From NCBI GenBank assembly GCA_011523845.1, contig WTFV01000076.1, forward strand, positions 999-64,998: 64,000 nucleotides of DNA, in the 5' to 3' direction. The notes under the pieces were generated by a model. That model was not told the origin of the DNA. It did not search any database and saw only the letters and a list, made by a program, of their open reading frames with translations. This document shows positions 54,423 to 62,328 of the stretch, piece after piece (the stretch's first letter is position 1; each line of letters begins with the position of its first letter). The DNA comes from Acidobacteriota bacterium. Its GTDB lineage: Bacteria > Acidobacteriota > Vicinamibacteria > Vicinamibacterales > UBA8438. The position numbers and the translations under genes are program-made.

Positions 54423-54931
54423 TGAGCGCCTGGCGGCTGCGCGAAGTTGTTGAGGTACTGGCTTCGGGGGCCGGTCTCCCAGCCGTGTGCGTACATCGCG
54501 GCGACGAGCTCGCGCATCGTGTATACGCCGTCGGCCCATGCTTCCAGCAGCTCGTGCGGTGGAGATTCGCAGAGCCATGTCGTGAATACGGCTCGCTGGC
54601 GGGGGGTGGGGTCTATCGCTCGCACGGCTTCGTAGAGCTCTTCTGCCGTCGGTGGCCGGAGCCACCCGCAGCAGACCTGGGCGAACCTGCCTGCGACGAT
54701 CGGTGAGTTCCGAGGCCCAGCTTCTCTGGCCTTCTCGTACCAGGGTCCGCGGAGGCGTTTCTTCCTCTCTTCGGGCATCGGTTCGTCAGTAAAGCGTTCC
54801 GGTGGCAGGACGGTGATGTCTGCGCGTTTTATTCCGCTGCGCTCGAACTCGTAGTCGTACCCAGGGTCCCACGGGTCGGTGCACGGAACGGGTCCCTCGT
54901 CGAAGCGCGACGTCGGGGTTGGGTTCGTCAT
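54419..54931 (-). CDS. Hypothetical protein (170 aa), upstream partner of the AbiEii-like gene
   Basis: It is translationally coupled. Its C-terminal half (CCGWLRPPTAEELYEAV...AWADGVYTMRELVAAMYAHGWE) resembles the N-terminal extension of the fused protein at 4356..5897 (MPGWLKRRLALPSDD...GWAAGAYTPRQAVARAVEHGFK). Confidence 0.68.
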   Translation of the reverse strand: MTNPTPTSRFDEGPVPCTDPWDPGYDYEFERSGIKRADITVLPPERFTDEPMPEERKKRLRGPWYEKAREAGPRNSPIVAGRFAQVCCGWLRPPTAEELYEAVRAIDPTPRQRAVFTTWLCESPPHELLEAWADGVYTMRELVAAMYAHGWETGPRSQYLNNFAQPPGAQ

Positions 54932-55183
54932 GGTTCGGGGTAGGGAATCGGCTTCGATTCGATTCTACTATGATCCTCTTCGTTCATCGGGGCGCTGGGG
55001 AAGCGGGTCTTTCGATTGCGTTGGCGGTTCCGCTTCGTTCATGTGACGAGCGACGGCGCGCGCGTTCCCAGCGGCCAGGCGGCGGGTCGTGGGGGGCCGG
55101 CTTCATGCCGGCCGTGATCCGTGCCTTCCAACCCGCGCGCGCCGTCTCCCGTGGCGCCAGCGTGCGCCAACATTGCGCCGTGT

Positions 55184-56731
55184 TCACCGCCGGCCGGTCG
55201 CGGCCTGCTCTTCGTTCTTCGTTCTTGTGGCGCCGGGGTCCCGGCCCGTCTCGGCCAGCAGGCGGTTGCGCAGCACTATGCGCAGCACCGCGAGCACGTC
55301 CCTCTGCTCGGTTCCGCGCTCGTAGGCGTTCTCGGCCACGCGGTCGCGCATGTGGATCTCGAGGCACTGCTCGATGTAGCTGCCGCACAGGGCGTCGACC
55401 TTGTACGGCGGCAGGATTGCTGCCCGGTCTTTCAGGCTGGGCGCGACGTCGGCAGCCCACTCGTCGGCCCGGACGTCGGCTGCGAGCTTGCGTCCGTGGT
55501 CGTTGAGCTGGAGGGGGCTGCGGGCCACCGTCAGTACCGGCCGGGGCTGCGGCCACCGGGTGGCGCGCGCGGTGTTTCCCGCGGGCAGGTCCGCGCTCGT
55601 CCAGTGGTGGACGCGCAGGTCGTCCAGCCATCCGGCTTCGTCGTCGCGCTCGGCGACGAGGAAGCGGCCGAGGTCGCCCGGGTCCTTCGCCTGGTGGTAG
55701 CGCAGGTAGATCCGTTCGCGGTCGACGGCCAGGATCTCGATCTTCCCGGTCGCGTGCGACATGACGAAGCGCGTCCGCCGCGCGAGCCCCGACCCGCGCG
55801 AGAGCGCCTGCTGGAAGATTTTCCAGCCCTCCACGATGGGGATTTCGTAGGGCGCGTTCCCTTCTGTGGGCCGTCCCTGGAACAGGTAGTAGGGCGGGCA
55901 GCCGGCGTACGACAGCCGGCTCCAGAGCTCGGCCAGGACCTCGGGCCGGTCGTTGACGCCGCGTATCAGCGGGCACTGGTTGACGGTCGTTACTCCTGCG
56001 GCGTGGTACGCCTCGAGTTCGGCCAGCGCCTCGGCGGTCAGCTCGCGCGGGTGGTCGAAGTGCGCCATCAGGTAGATGCGCTGGCGGTCTTGCGGGTGGT
56101 CCCGGAGCACTTCCTGCAGTTCGGGGTCGCGGCGCAGCCGCCACGGGTCGAAGGCGGGCATCTTCGAGCCGATGCGCACGATGCGCACGTGCTCGATGCC
56201 GGCGAGCCCTTCGAGGGTCTCCGCGATCCGCCGCGTGCTCATCAGGAGCGGGTCGCCCCCGGTCAGCAGGACGTTGCTGATCTCGGGGTGCTTGCGGATG
56301 TAGTCCAGCCCGGCTGAGACGTCGTTGTTCGCCTCGTCGTTGTCGTTCATGAACAGGCGCTTGCGGAAGCAGTAGCGGCAGTAGGCGCCGCAGACCTCGT
56401 TGCACAGCAGCAGGGCCGTGTCGGCGTACTTGTGCTGGACGCCCCGCGCGACCGTGTTCGCAGCCTCGTCGCTGGCGTCGAGTTCACCGTAGTCTTCGAG
56501 CTCCTCGCCGCGCGGGATGACCAGCTGGCGGATCGGGTCGTCGGGGTCCGACCAGTCGATCAGATCGAGGTAGTAGTCGTTGAGGCGGAAGGCGTACCTG
56601 TCGGCGACCGGCGCCAGCGCCCGCCGCTCGGCAGGGCTGAGGCCGTCGATCTTGTCGATGTTCGTGATGTAGCGCAGGCGGCGCGGCGCGTCCTCGGTTC
56701 CGCCGGCCGCCGTGTCGGTGGTCGTCGTCAT
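55184..56731 (-). CDS. KamA-family (lysine 2,3-aminomutase-like) radical SAM enzyme with a ~120-aa C-terminal extension
   Basis: ...LLLCNEVCGAYCRYCFRKR... (CxxxCxxC), LLTGGDPL, RIGSKMP, and ...GCPPYYLFQGRPTEG... 515 aa from ATG 56731. Confidence 0.88.
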   Translation of the reverse strand: MTTTTDTAAGGTEDAPRRLRYITNIDKIDGLSPAERRALAPVADRYAFRLNDYYLDLIDWSDPDDPIRQLVIPRGEELEDYGELDASDEAANTVARGVQHKYADTALLLCNEVCGAYCRYCFRKRLFMNDNDEANNDVSAGLDYIRKHPEISNVLLTGGDPLLMSTRRIAETLEGLAGIEHVRIVRIGSKMPAFDPWRLRRDPELQEVLRDHPQDRQRIYLMAHFDHPRELTAEALAELEAYHAAGVTTVNQCPLIRGVNDRPEVLAELWSRLSYAGCPPYYLFQGRPTEGNAPYEIPIVEGWKIFQQALSRGSGLARRTRFVMSHATGKIEILAVDRERIYLRYHQAKDPGDLGRFLVAERDDEAGWLDDLRVHHWTSADLPAGNTARATRWPQPRPVLTVARSPLQLNDHGRKLAADVRADEWAADVAPSLKDRAAILPPYKVDALCGSYIEQCLEIHMRDRVAENAYERGTEQRDVLAVLRIVLRNRLLAETGRDPGATRTKNEEQAATGRR

Positions 56732-56766
56732 GGGCGTTCCCTTCAGGTGGTTCGTCGGCGCGGAGT

Positions 56767-57246
56767 CTACAAGCCGAGCTCGCGCAGCTCGTTCGCGCAC
56801 GACGCCAGCGAGACGAGGTGGGTGGCGAGCTGGTTCCAGTCGTGGAACTCGACCTCGGCCGGCACGGGGAGCGCTTCGAGCCTCTCGTGGAGCAGGCGGT
56901 CCGGGCAGGTCCCGTGCAGCGCCTGGAAAGCGTCGAGCCAGTGTCCCTCGCGGGCGAAGTCGAGCGCCCAGAGCGCGCGGCGCCACCGCTCGTCGGTGAT
57001 CGTGGTCGACTGCGGGTCCGTGCTGTCGCTGGTCGCGATGTCGATGCTGGTCCCGGCCGGACAGCCCAGCGTGCCGGCGATGACGGCGCCGGCGATGCAG
57101 ACCATGCACTTGCCGTCGAGCGGACGGGGCCGGTGCCACGTCATCCACATCGGCGTGTAGAGGGCGTGGTCGAGCCTGCGGGCGTCGGCGATGGCGAGCT
57201 CCAGCAGGTCGGAGAGCTTGGCGGGCGGCGGTGTCGTCAGGTTCAT
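56767..57246 (-). CDS. Hypothetical protein (159 aa)
   Basis: MNLTTPPPAKLSDLLELAIADARRLDHALYTPMWMTWH... Clean ORF. Confidence 0.65.
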   Translation of the reverse strand: MNLTTPPPAKLSDLLELAIADARRLDHALYTPMWMTWHRPRPLDGKCMVCIAGAVIAGTLGCPAGTSIDIATSDSTDPQSTTITDERWRRALWALDFAREGHWLDAFQALHGTCPDRLLHERLEALPVPAEVEFHDWNQLATHLVSLASCANELRELGL

Positions 57247-57274
57247 GGCGTTCTTCGGGAGGATGGCCCTGGTC

Positions 57275-57562
57275 TCAATGGAGCGTCTGCCCCGCGGTGT
57301 CGACGTAGACGTCGATGGTCCACTGCCTCGTGGTGATCCGGGGCCGTAGCTGGTAGTGGCGGAAGACGTGCACGTGGATCGTCGCGCCGATCGGCGGCAG
57401 GGTGTTCAGGTGTTCGACCCAGGCGCAGGCGGCCAGCCGGGCGGCGGTGTCCTCGTCGGAGGTCTCGACGACGAGCGTGGGGGGCTGTGCGATGGCGGTT
57501 CTCGATCCGTCCGGGTTGGTGATGGTCTCGATGAGTGTCGTGTAGCGGGTCGTCGGGGTCAT
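57275..57562 (-). CDS. Hypothetical protein (95 aa)
   Basis: MTPTTRYTTLIETITNPDGSRTAIAQPPTLVVETSDEDTAARLAACAWVEHL... ATGA overlap with the upstream gene. Confidence 0.65.
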   Translation of the reverse strand: MTPTTRYTTLIETITNPDGSRTAIAQPPTLVVETSDEDTAARLAACAWVEHLNTLPPIGATIHVHVFRHYQLRPRITTRQWTIDVYVDTAGQTLH

Positions 57563-58203
57563 TGGTCCTTTCGGGCCGTCTGTCTCGGGTTCCGGTACTC
57601 GTCCGGCAGCCGCACGGTGGGTGGTCCCGGCGGCCAGCGGGCGGTGAACACCAGGTGCGCGACTCCGAGAGCCCGGCCGAGCAGCGGCGGCTGTAGCAAG
57701 GGCTCTGTGCCGGAGTGCGGGACGACGGCCAGCAGCGTGGACCACTGGTCGGCGCGCCGTATCTCGATCTGCTCGCCGGTGTCGGCGAGGGTGCCGACCT
57801 GCCGGTTCGAGCTGCTCAGCAGCACGTTCCAGCCGCCGTCTTCGCGCGGTATGAACAGGTGCGGGCGCTTTATGTACGCGCGGTCGTCGTGCGTCGTTCC
57901 CGGCTCGACGGGCTGCGCGGCGGCGTGCGGACCGGGCAGCTTCAGGCGCAGCGCGCAGGGGTTGTCCGCCGTCGGCGCGCCGGGCGGTGTCAGCCCGCGC
58001 AGCTGGATGCGTCCGGCGATCAGGTCGTGCTCCTCGCGCCAGTCGGCGGGCGGGCGGGTCCATTCCGGCAGCGGGTCGTCGCGGGCGTCGGGCTCGTGGG
58101 TCTCGGGGCGCAGGAACGCGGGCGTTGCGTGCGCGGGATTGCCGTAGTCCGCCTCCGGCGGATCCTCGTCTTCGTGGCGCGGGCGCGCCGTTCTGATGGC
58201 CAT
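57559..58203 (-). CDS. Hypothetical protein (214 aa)
   Basis: MAIRTARPRHEDEDPPEADYGNPAH... This is the tail of track ORF 57559..58662. Confidence 0.65.
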   Translation of the reverse strand: MAIRTARPRHEDEDPPEADYGNPAHATPAFLRPETHEPDARDDPLPEWTRPPADWREEHDLIAGRIQLRGLTPPGAPTADNPCALRLKLPGPHAAAQPVEPGTTHDDRAYIKRPHLFIPREDGGWNVLLSSSNRQVGTLADTGEQIEIRRADQWSTLLAVVPHSGTEPLLQPPLLGRALGVAHLVFTARWPPGPPTVRLPDEYRNPRQTARKDQ

Positions 58204-58295
58204 GGGGCCCTCCGGGGGAGAGCGTGGGGCAGGCGGACCGGCGCCGGCGCGCCAGGGCTGCGCTCCGGGGTTGGTGTCTGTGCCCGCCGTACGGC

Positions 58296-58748
58296 TCAGC
58301 GGCCCGCGAGCGTCTGCAGGACGCTGACGACGTTGCGGCGCGCCGCGTCGAGCGCGAGCAGGTGGCGGACCGGGTGGTCTCTCGACGCCTCCGGCTCGCA
58401 GCGGGCGAGCACGTGGTCGAGCGCGGTGCTCATCGTCTCGGTCAGGATGCGGATGGCCTCGATCGGGGTGAGGGCCTGCACCCGCCACTGCGGCCTGCCG
58501 TTGTCGGCCTCGTCGCAGCCGTTGGTCCAGTAGACCGCGGCGGCGGCGTCTTCGGGCAGGTGGAACTCGTCGATCCGCTCGACGGGCAGCCACAGCAGGT
58601 GGCCGGTGATGGGGTCGCCGAGCTCGGCCAGCAGGTGGCCCTCGTCGCTCAGCAGCTCGCACAGCTGCTCGTACTCCGGGGTGTCCGGGTCGACGGTGCG
58701 TCCGGCGCCGGTGTGGGGATGGTCGTTCAGGTCCAGCTGGTGGATCAT
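58296..58748 (-). CDS. Hypothetical protein (150 aa)
   Basis: MIHQLDLNDHPHTGAGRTVDPDTPEYEQLCELLSDEGHLLAELGDP... ATGA overlap with the giant upstream gene. Confidence 0.65.
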   Translation of the reverse strand: MIHQLDLNDHPHTGAGRTVDPDTPEYEQLCELLSDEGHLLAELGDPITGHLLWLPVERIDEFHLPEDAAAAVYWTNGCDEADNGRPQWRVQALTPIEAIRILTETMSTALDHVLARCEPEASRDHPVRHLLALDAARRNVVSVLQTLAGR

Positions 58749-61700
58749 CGTGTCGCCGCCGCGTCGTACGTATTGTCGAGGAGCCGGTTCAGGTCGGCGC
58801 TCTGCTTCCACGCGCCCGCGGCCGGGGACGGCGGGCGCGGCGGGTTGTCGGGGACGGCGCCGACGTCGGAGTCTGCACTGCGCCGGCCGATGGCCCGCAG
58901 GTCCGGGCGCTCGTCCTCGGGGGTGACCGTCCGCCCGTGGCGGTCGACCTGCTCGCACGGGACCCGGCGCTCCCTGGCCATCTCGAGCACGTCGTCGCCG
59001 CCGCGGTCCCCGGCCTTCGCGAAGGAGATCACCAGGTGCGGCTTGCGCTCGTCGAGCATGTCGGCGTCGCGGCACCGGATCGCCTCGCGGCGGTAGGCCT
59101 GCGGCCCCTTCTCGTGCCACTCCTTCGCGGTCTCGAGCTCGTCGAGCGCCTCGCGGCGGGCGGGGTCCCCGGCGTCTTCGGCCGCGTGCTCCGGACCGTG
59201 GTCCGGCGCCGCGGCCGGCGGCGGGTACCGCCGGTCGATCGCGGCGCGCTCGGCGTCGTAGTTCTTCGCCTTCGCCGCGTCCGCCTCGTATTGCGCCTTC
59301 GCGCCGTCCCAGTCGGTCCTGCAGACGTCGCAGGGCACGCCGGCCTCGCGCGCCCAGTTGGCCGCTGTCGCCTGCGCCCCCCGGCTGTCGCCGGTGACGA
59401 TGCGCATCGGGGCGCCGGCGATGCGCCGGCGCAGCTCGTCGAGCTTGCCGTAGACATCGGCGGGCCGGTCGTGCTTCCAGGAGCCGGTGACCAGAACGCG
59501 CACCTCGCGTGTCGGCTCGGCTGCCGGCGGTGGCGGCGGCGCGGGCAGCGGTGGCTGGACCGGTGCGCGGAAGGTCCCGTCGGGCTCGGTGATCTCGTGC
59601 CGGACGCTGCGGTTGTGCTCGTCGAGCTTCTGCCGCATGTCGGCGGGCATCGGCCGGTCCGGGGCGTTGCGCCGCTCGGCGCGGGCGTGCTCGGCGCTGG
59701 CGCGCAGCGCGGCGATGTTCTCGTCCATTCCTGCGAGCTGCTCGTCGCTGGCGCCGGCCTCGGCGATCTTCCCGCGGTAGGCCTCGAGCCGGTCGGCGGC
59801 GACGTCGTCGGGATGCTGCGGCTGGTCGGGACCGGGCCGCTCGACGGGCTCGCGCTCTTCCGGCGCCGGTGCGTGGTCCCAGTCGTCGTCGCCGGGGTCG
59901 AAGACGTGCGTGTCGACGGGGGCGCCGGTCTCGCGGCCGGGTGTTTGCCCCTGTTGCTGCGCCTGCGACTGGGCCCGGGTCTCGGCGCGCTCGCGCTCGC
60001 GTTCGATGCCGGCGGCCCAGCTCGCGGCCTGCGAGAGCACGTCGCCGTGGCAGGCTTGCGGGGCGCAGTGGCAGGCCAGCTGCTTGCCGTCGAGCTTGGC
60101 GAGCCTGTCGAGGTCGATCTTGCCGGAGTCGATGGCGTCGGCCAGGTAGCTGCGGTACTGTTCGAGGACCTCGTGCCGCTCGGCCGGGTCGTTGCGGTCG
60201 CGGAGCGGGAACGGGTTGCCCCAGTCGGTCTTGCGGTCGATGCGCACCGCGGCGCCGGAGCGCACCGCGTGGAAGGCGCTCCGCTCGCGCAGGTTCAGGG
60301 TCGGGGGCGCCTCGGCGGGCGCATGTCCCGCCTGCGCCCACGCGGCGTCGGCGGCCTTCCGGCCGAGGCGCCGGCTCGCCGCCGCGGCCGTCCGGCCCTC
60401 GACGGGCACCACCCACGCCGGGTTCGGGTCGGCCTGCTCGCGGCTCCGGCGGGCGTGTTGCAGGTCGGCCAGCTCTCCGGTGGGGGTGTGGTTGACGCCC
60501 CGCGCGTCGACCGACTCGACGGGGACGCCGGCCCGTCTCGCGGTGGCGGCCAGCCGCTCGACGGACTGCTCGCCGCGCGGGAAGGTGACGGCTGCGTGCG
60601 GCTTCTGCTCGGCGATCATCCGCAGGCGGGTCAGGTGCGCCTCGTCGGGGTCGGCGGTGCGGTACTGGTCGCAGTGCACGCCGCGGCGCCTCGCCCACGA
60701 GGCGGCGACCGTGGACAGGTCCTCGCCGCCGGGCTGCATCGCGACGGCGATGCGCAGCGCCGCCGGGTGGGCCCTGGCGAGCACCTCGTCGAGCTTGGCG
60801 TGGACCAGGCGCTGCTCGGCGCCGGCCTTGACGCCGCCGATGACGATGCGCGCCTCGCCGTGGGTGTGCGGGTCGTTGTTGGGCAGCTTGGCGATGCGGC
60901 CGATGCCCGGCGCCTCGACGGGGCCGGCGGGCCGTCCGCGTGCGGCCGACCGGCGGGCGATGGCGGCGACGTCGTGGAGCTGGCCGGTATCGGTGAGCGT
61001 GGTGCGCGAGACCGGGTCGATCTCCTCGACGGCGACCTTCGCCTTCGCGGCGATGTCCATCATCATGCGGGTGCCGCGCGACTCGCCCTGCGGGAAGGCG
61101 ACGACCAGCTGCGGCTGTCCCTCGGTCAGCATCCGCTCGTTGCGGCGGTAGCCGGCGGAGCGGCCGTAGCGGTCCCACTCGGCGGGGTACTCGTCGCAGG
61201 GGACGCCGTGGCGCTTCGCCCAGTCGGCGGCGAGCCTGTCGGCGCCGCGCGCCGCTCCGGAGACCACCCGCATCGGGATGCCGCCGAGGCGCTGGCGGAC
61301 CTCGTCCAGCTTGGCGTCGACGAGCCCGCGGTCGGTGAAGTCCCGGCTTCCGCATACCAGCACGCGCGCCTCGACGTCCGGCGTCGGCGCGGCGGGGTTC
61401 TGTTCGGGCATCGGGGTCTCTCTCGATGAGGCGTCCGGTCTCGGCGTCGTGCCGGCCGGCTCCGGCCGCGCGTGCGGCGGCAGGCCGAGCGTGGCGGCCC
61501 ACTTGTCGACGTCGTGGACCGTCCCGAGCTGTCCGGCGCGGTCGAGTCCCACGAGCATCGCGGCGGCGCGGGCCTGGCAGGCGACCGATTGTTCCGGGCG
61601 GTGGAACTGGTCGCTGAAGGCGGTGTAGCCGTGTAGACTGCCCGTGGGGTGGGCGGCTGCGGCGGCCTTGATCCAAAGGCGGTCGTAGAAGGCGCTGCCC

Positions 61701-62053
61701 GAGGCGGCGGGCCAGAACGTGCCGCCGTGCTGGAACCCGGTCAGCGGCCCCGCGGCGCGGCGCCCGCGGTCGCGGCGCTTGGCGTCGAACCCGTTGGGCA
61801 GCGGCGAGCCGTCGGGCCCGCGGTCCCCGTAGCACTTGGCGGCCTGGTAGACGCTTTCGACCGGCAGGTTGCGGTCGTCGTCGGTGTCCGCGGCGCGCAG
61901 GCGCATGGCGCTCAGGCCGCGGCCGAGCGGTTCGTCGCTGCGGCTGCTGATCTCAAGGACCTGCAGGCCAGCGGGAGCGCCGGCCGCATCGTGATGCTCG
62001 GCCACGAACGGCGGGCGGTCGAGCGGGGTGAACCAGGTCGTGGGTCTCGCCAT
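58745..62053 (-). CDS. 1102-aa multidomain protein: unassigned N-terminal domain, DUF2493/SLOG, degenerate DUF2493-like, DUF4326, linker, then a third DUF2493/SLOG-like domain
   Basis: Domain 1 is RVLVCGSRDFTDRGLV...MRVVSGAARGADRLAADWAKRHGVPCDEYPAEWDRYGRSAGYRRNERML...LVVAFPQGESRGTRMM. The DUF4326 region is IDRKTDWGNPFPL...EQYRSYL...LDGKQLACHCAPQACHGDVL. The last domain is VRVLVTGSWKHD...MRIVTGDSRGAQATAANWAREAGVPCD... Confidence 0.82.
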   Translation of the reverse strand: MARPTTWFTPLDRPPFVAEHHDAAGAPAGLQVLEISSRSDEPLGRGLSAMRLRAADTDDDRNLPVESVYQAAKCYGDRGPDGSPLPNGFDAKRRDRGRRAAGPLTGFQHGGTFWPAASGSAFYDRLWIKAAAAAHPTGSLHGYTAFSDQFHRPEQSVACQARAAAMLVGLDRAGQLGTVHDVDKWAATLGLPPHARPEPAGTTPRPDASSRETPMPEQNPAAPTPDVEARVLVCGSRDFTDRGLVDAKLDEVRQRLGGIPMRVVSGAARGADRLAADWAKRHGVPCDEYPAEWDRYGRSAGYRRNERMLTEGQPQLVVAFPQGESRGTRMMMDIAAKAKVAVEEIDPVSRTTLTDTGQLHDVAAIARRSAARGRPAGPVEAPGIGRIAKLPNNDPHTHGEARIVIGGVKAGAEQRLVHAKLDEVLARAHPAALRIAVAMQPGGEDLSTVAASWARRRGVHCDQYRTADPDEAHLTRLRMIAEQKPHAAVTFPRGEQSVERLAATARRAGVPVESVDARGVNHTPTGELADLQHARRSREQADPNPAWVVPVEGRTAAAASRRLGRKAADAAWAQAGHAPAEAPPTLNLRERSAFHAVRSGAAVRIDRKTDWGNPFPLRDRNDPAERHEVLEQYRSYLADAIDSGKIDLDRLAKLDGKQLACHCAPQACHGDVLSQAASWAAGIERERERAETRAQSQAQQQGQTPGRETGAPVDTHVFDPGDDDWDHAPAPEEREPVERPGPDQPQHPDDVAADRLEAYRGKIAEAGASDEQLAGMDENIAALRASAEHARAERRNAPDRPMPADMRQKLDEHNRSVRHEITEPDGTFRAPVQPPLPAPPPPPAAEPTREVRVLVTGSWKHDRPADVYGKLDELRRRIAGAPMRIVTGDSRGAQATAANWAREAGVPCDVCRTDWDGAKAQYEADAAKAKNYDAERAAIDRRYPPPAAAPDHGPEHAAEDAGDPARREALDELETAKEWHEKGPQAYRREAIRCRDADMLDERKPHLVISFAKAGDRGGDDVLEMARERRVPCEQVDRHGRTVTPEDERPDLRAIGRRSADSDVGAVPDNPPRPPSPAAGAWKQSADLNRLLDNTYDAAATR

Positions 62054-62217
62054 CGTCGTGCTCCGAGTGTAAGGGCCGGGTCGGCCCGGCCGGAGTTGGA
62101 GCGCGTGGTTGCCGGGTTGTCCGTGCGCGCGCGGAGGGATGAGGAACAGTCGGGATGCGGGTCGACCGCGTGCGCGGAGAGGTGGTTCCGAGCGGGACGT
62201 CGATCGTCAGGCTGTAG

Positions 62218-62241
62218 GGGTGATCTCCGTGCACGGAGTGG
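62218..62241. promoter_or_regulatory. GGGTGATC box followed by a perfect 14-bp palindrome (CTCCGTGCACGGAG, 62225..62238) in the divergent promoter gap
   Basis: The palindrome was verified by hand. It shares the GGGTGATC head and the ...GGAG tail with the 37270..37476 repeats. It lies ~165 nt upstream of the 62053 start and ~90 nt upstream of 62329. The operator role is inferred. Confidence 0.35.
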
Positions 62242-62328
62242 CGCGGCGTGGGGCGTCCGTTCGACCCCGGAGAGGGGGCGGTCTGCGCCCGCGTGCGGTG
62301 GTGCCGCTTGCAAGCCGTGGGGGCTGTC

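Larger units (their letters stand above)
33176..62053 (-). mobile_element. Putative phage-early-region or conjugative leading-region-like island; boundaries not established
   Basis: About 35 consecutive minus-strand genes with many 1-4 nt stop/start overlaps. The content is phage/plasmid-typical (NrdJ, ThyX, T4 Rnl1-like ligase, DUF2493, DUF4326, DUF1643-like, TA-like modules). The segment at 31961..33175 is decayed and gene-poor. An SLT gene lies beyond the divergent promoter at 62054..62328. No integrase or att site was identified. Confidence 0.4.

Noticed and set aside
58296-61835. 1179-aa minus ORF, plus the 830-aa + ORF 58937..61429, over the giant gene
   Set aside because: The Arg/Pro/Gly-rich composition marks a shadow of the 58745..62053 frame, which carries the DUF2493 and DUF4326 motifs. 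Only the last 150 codons (58296..58748) were kept.
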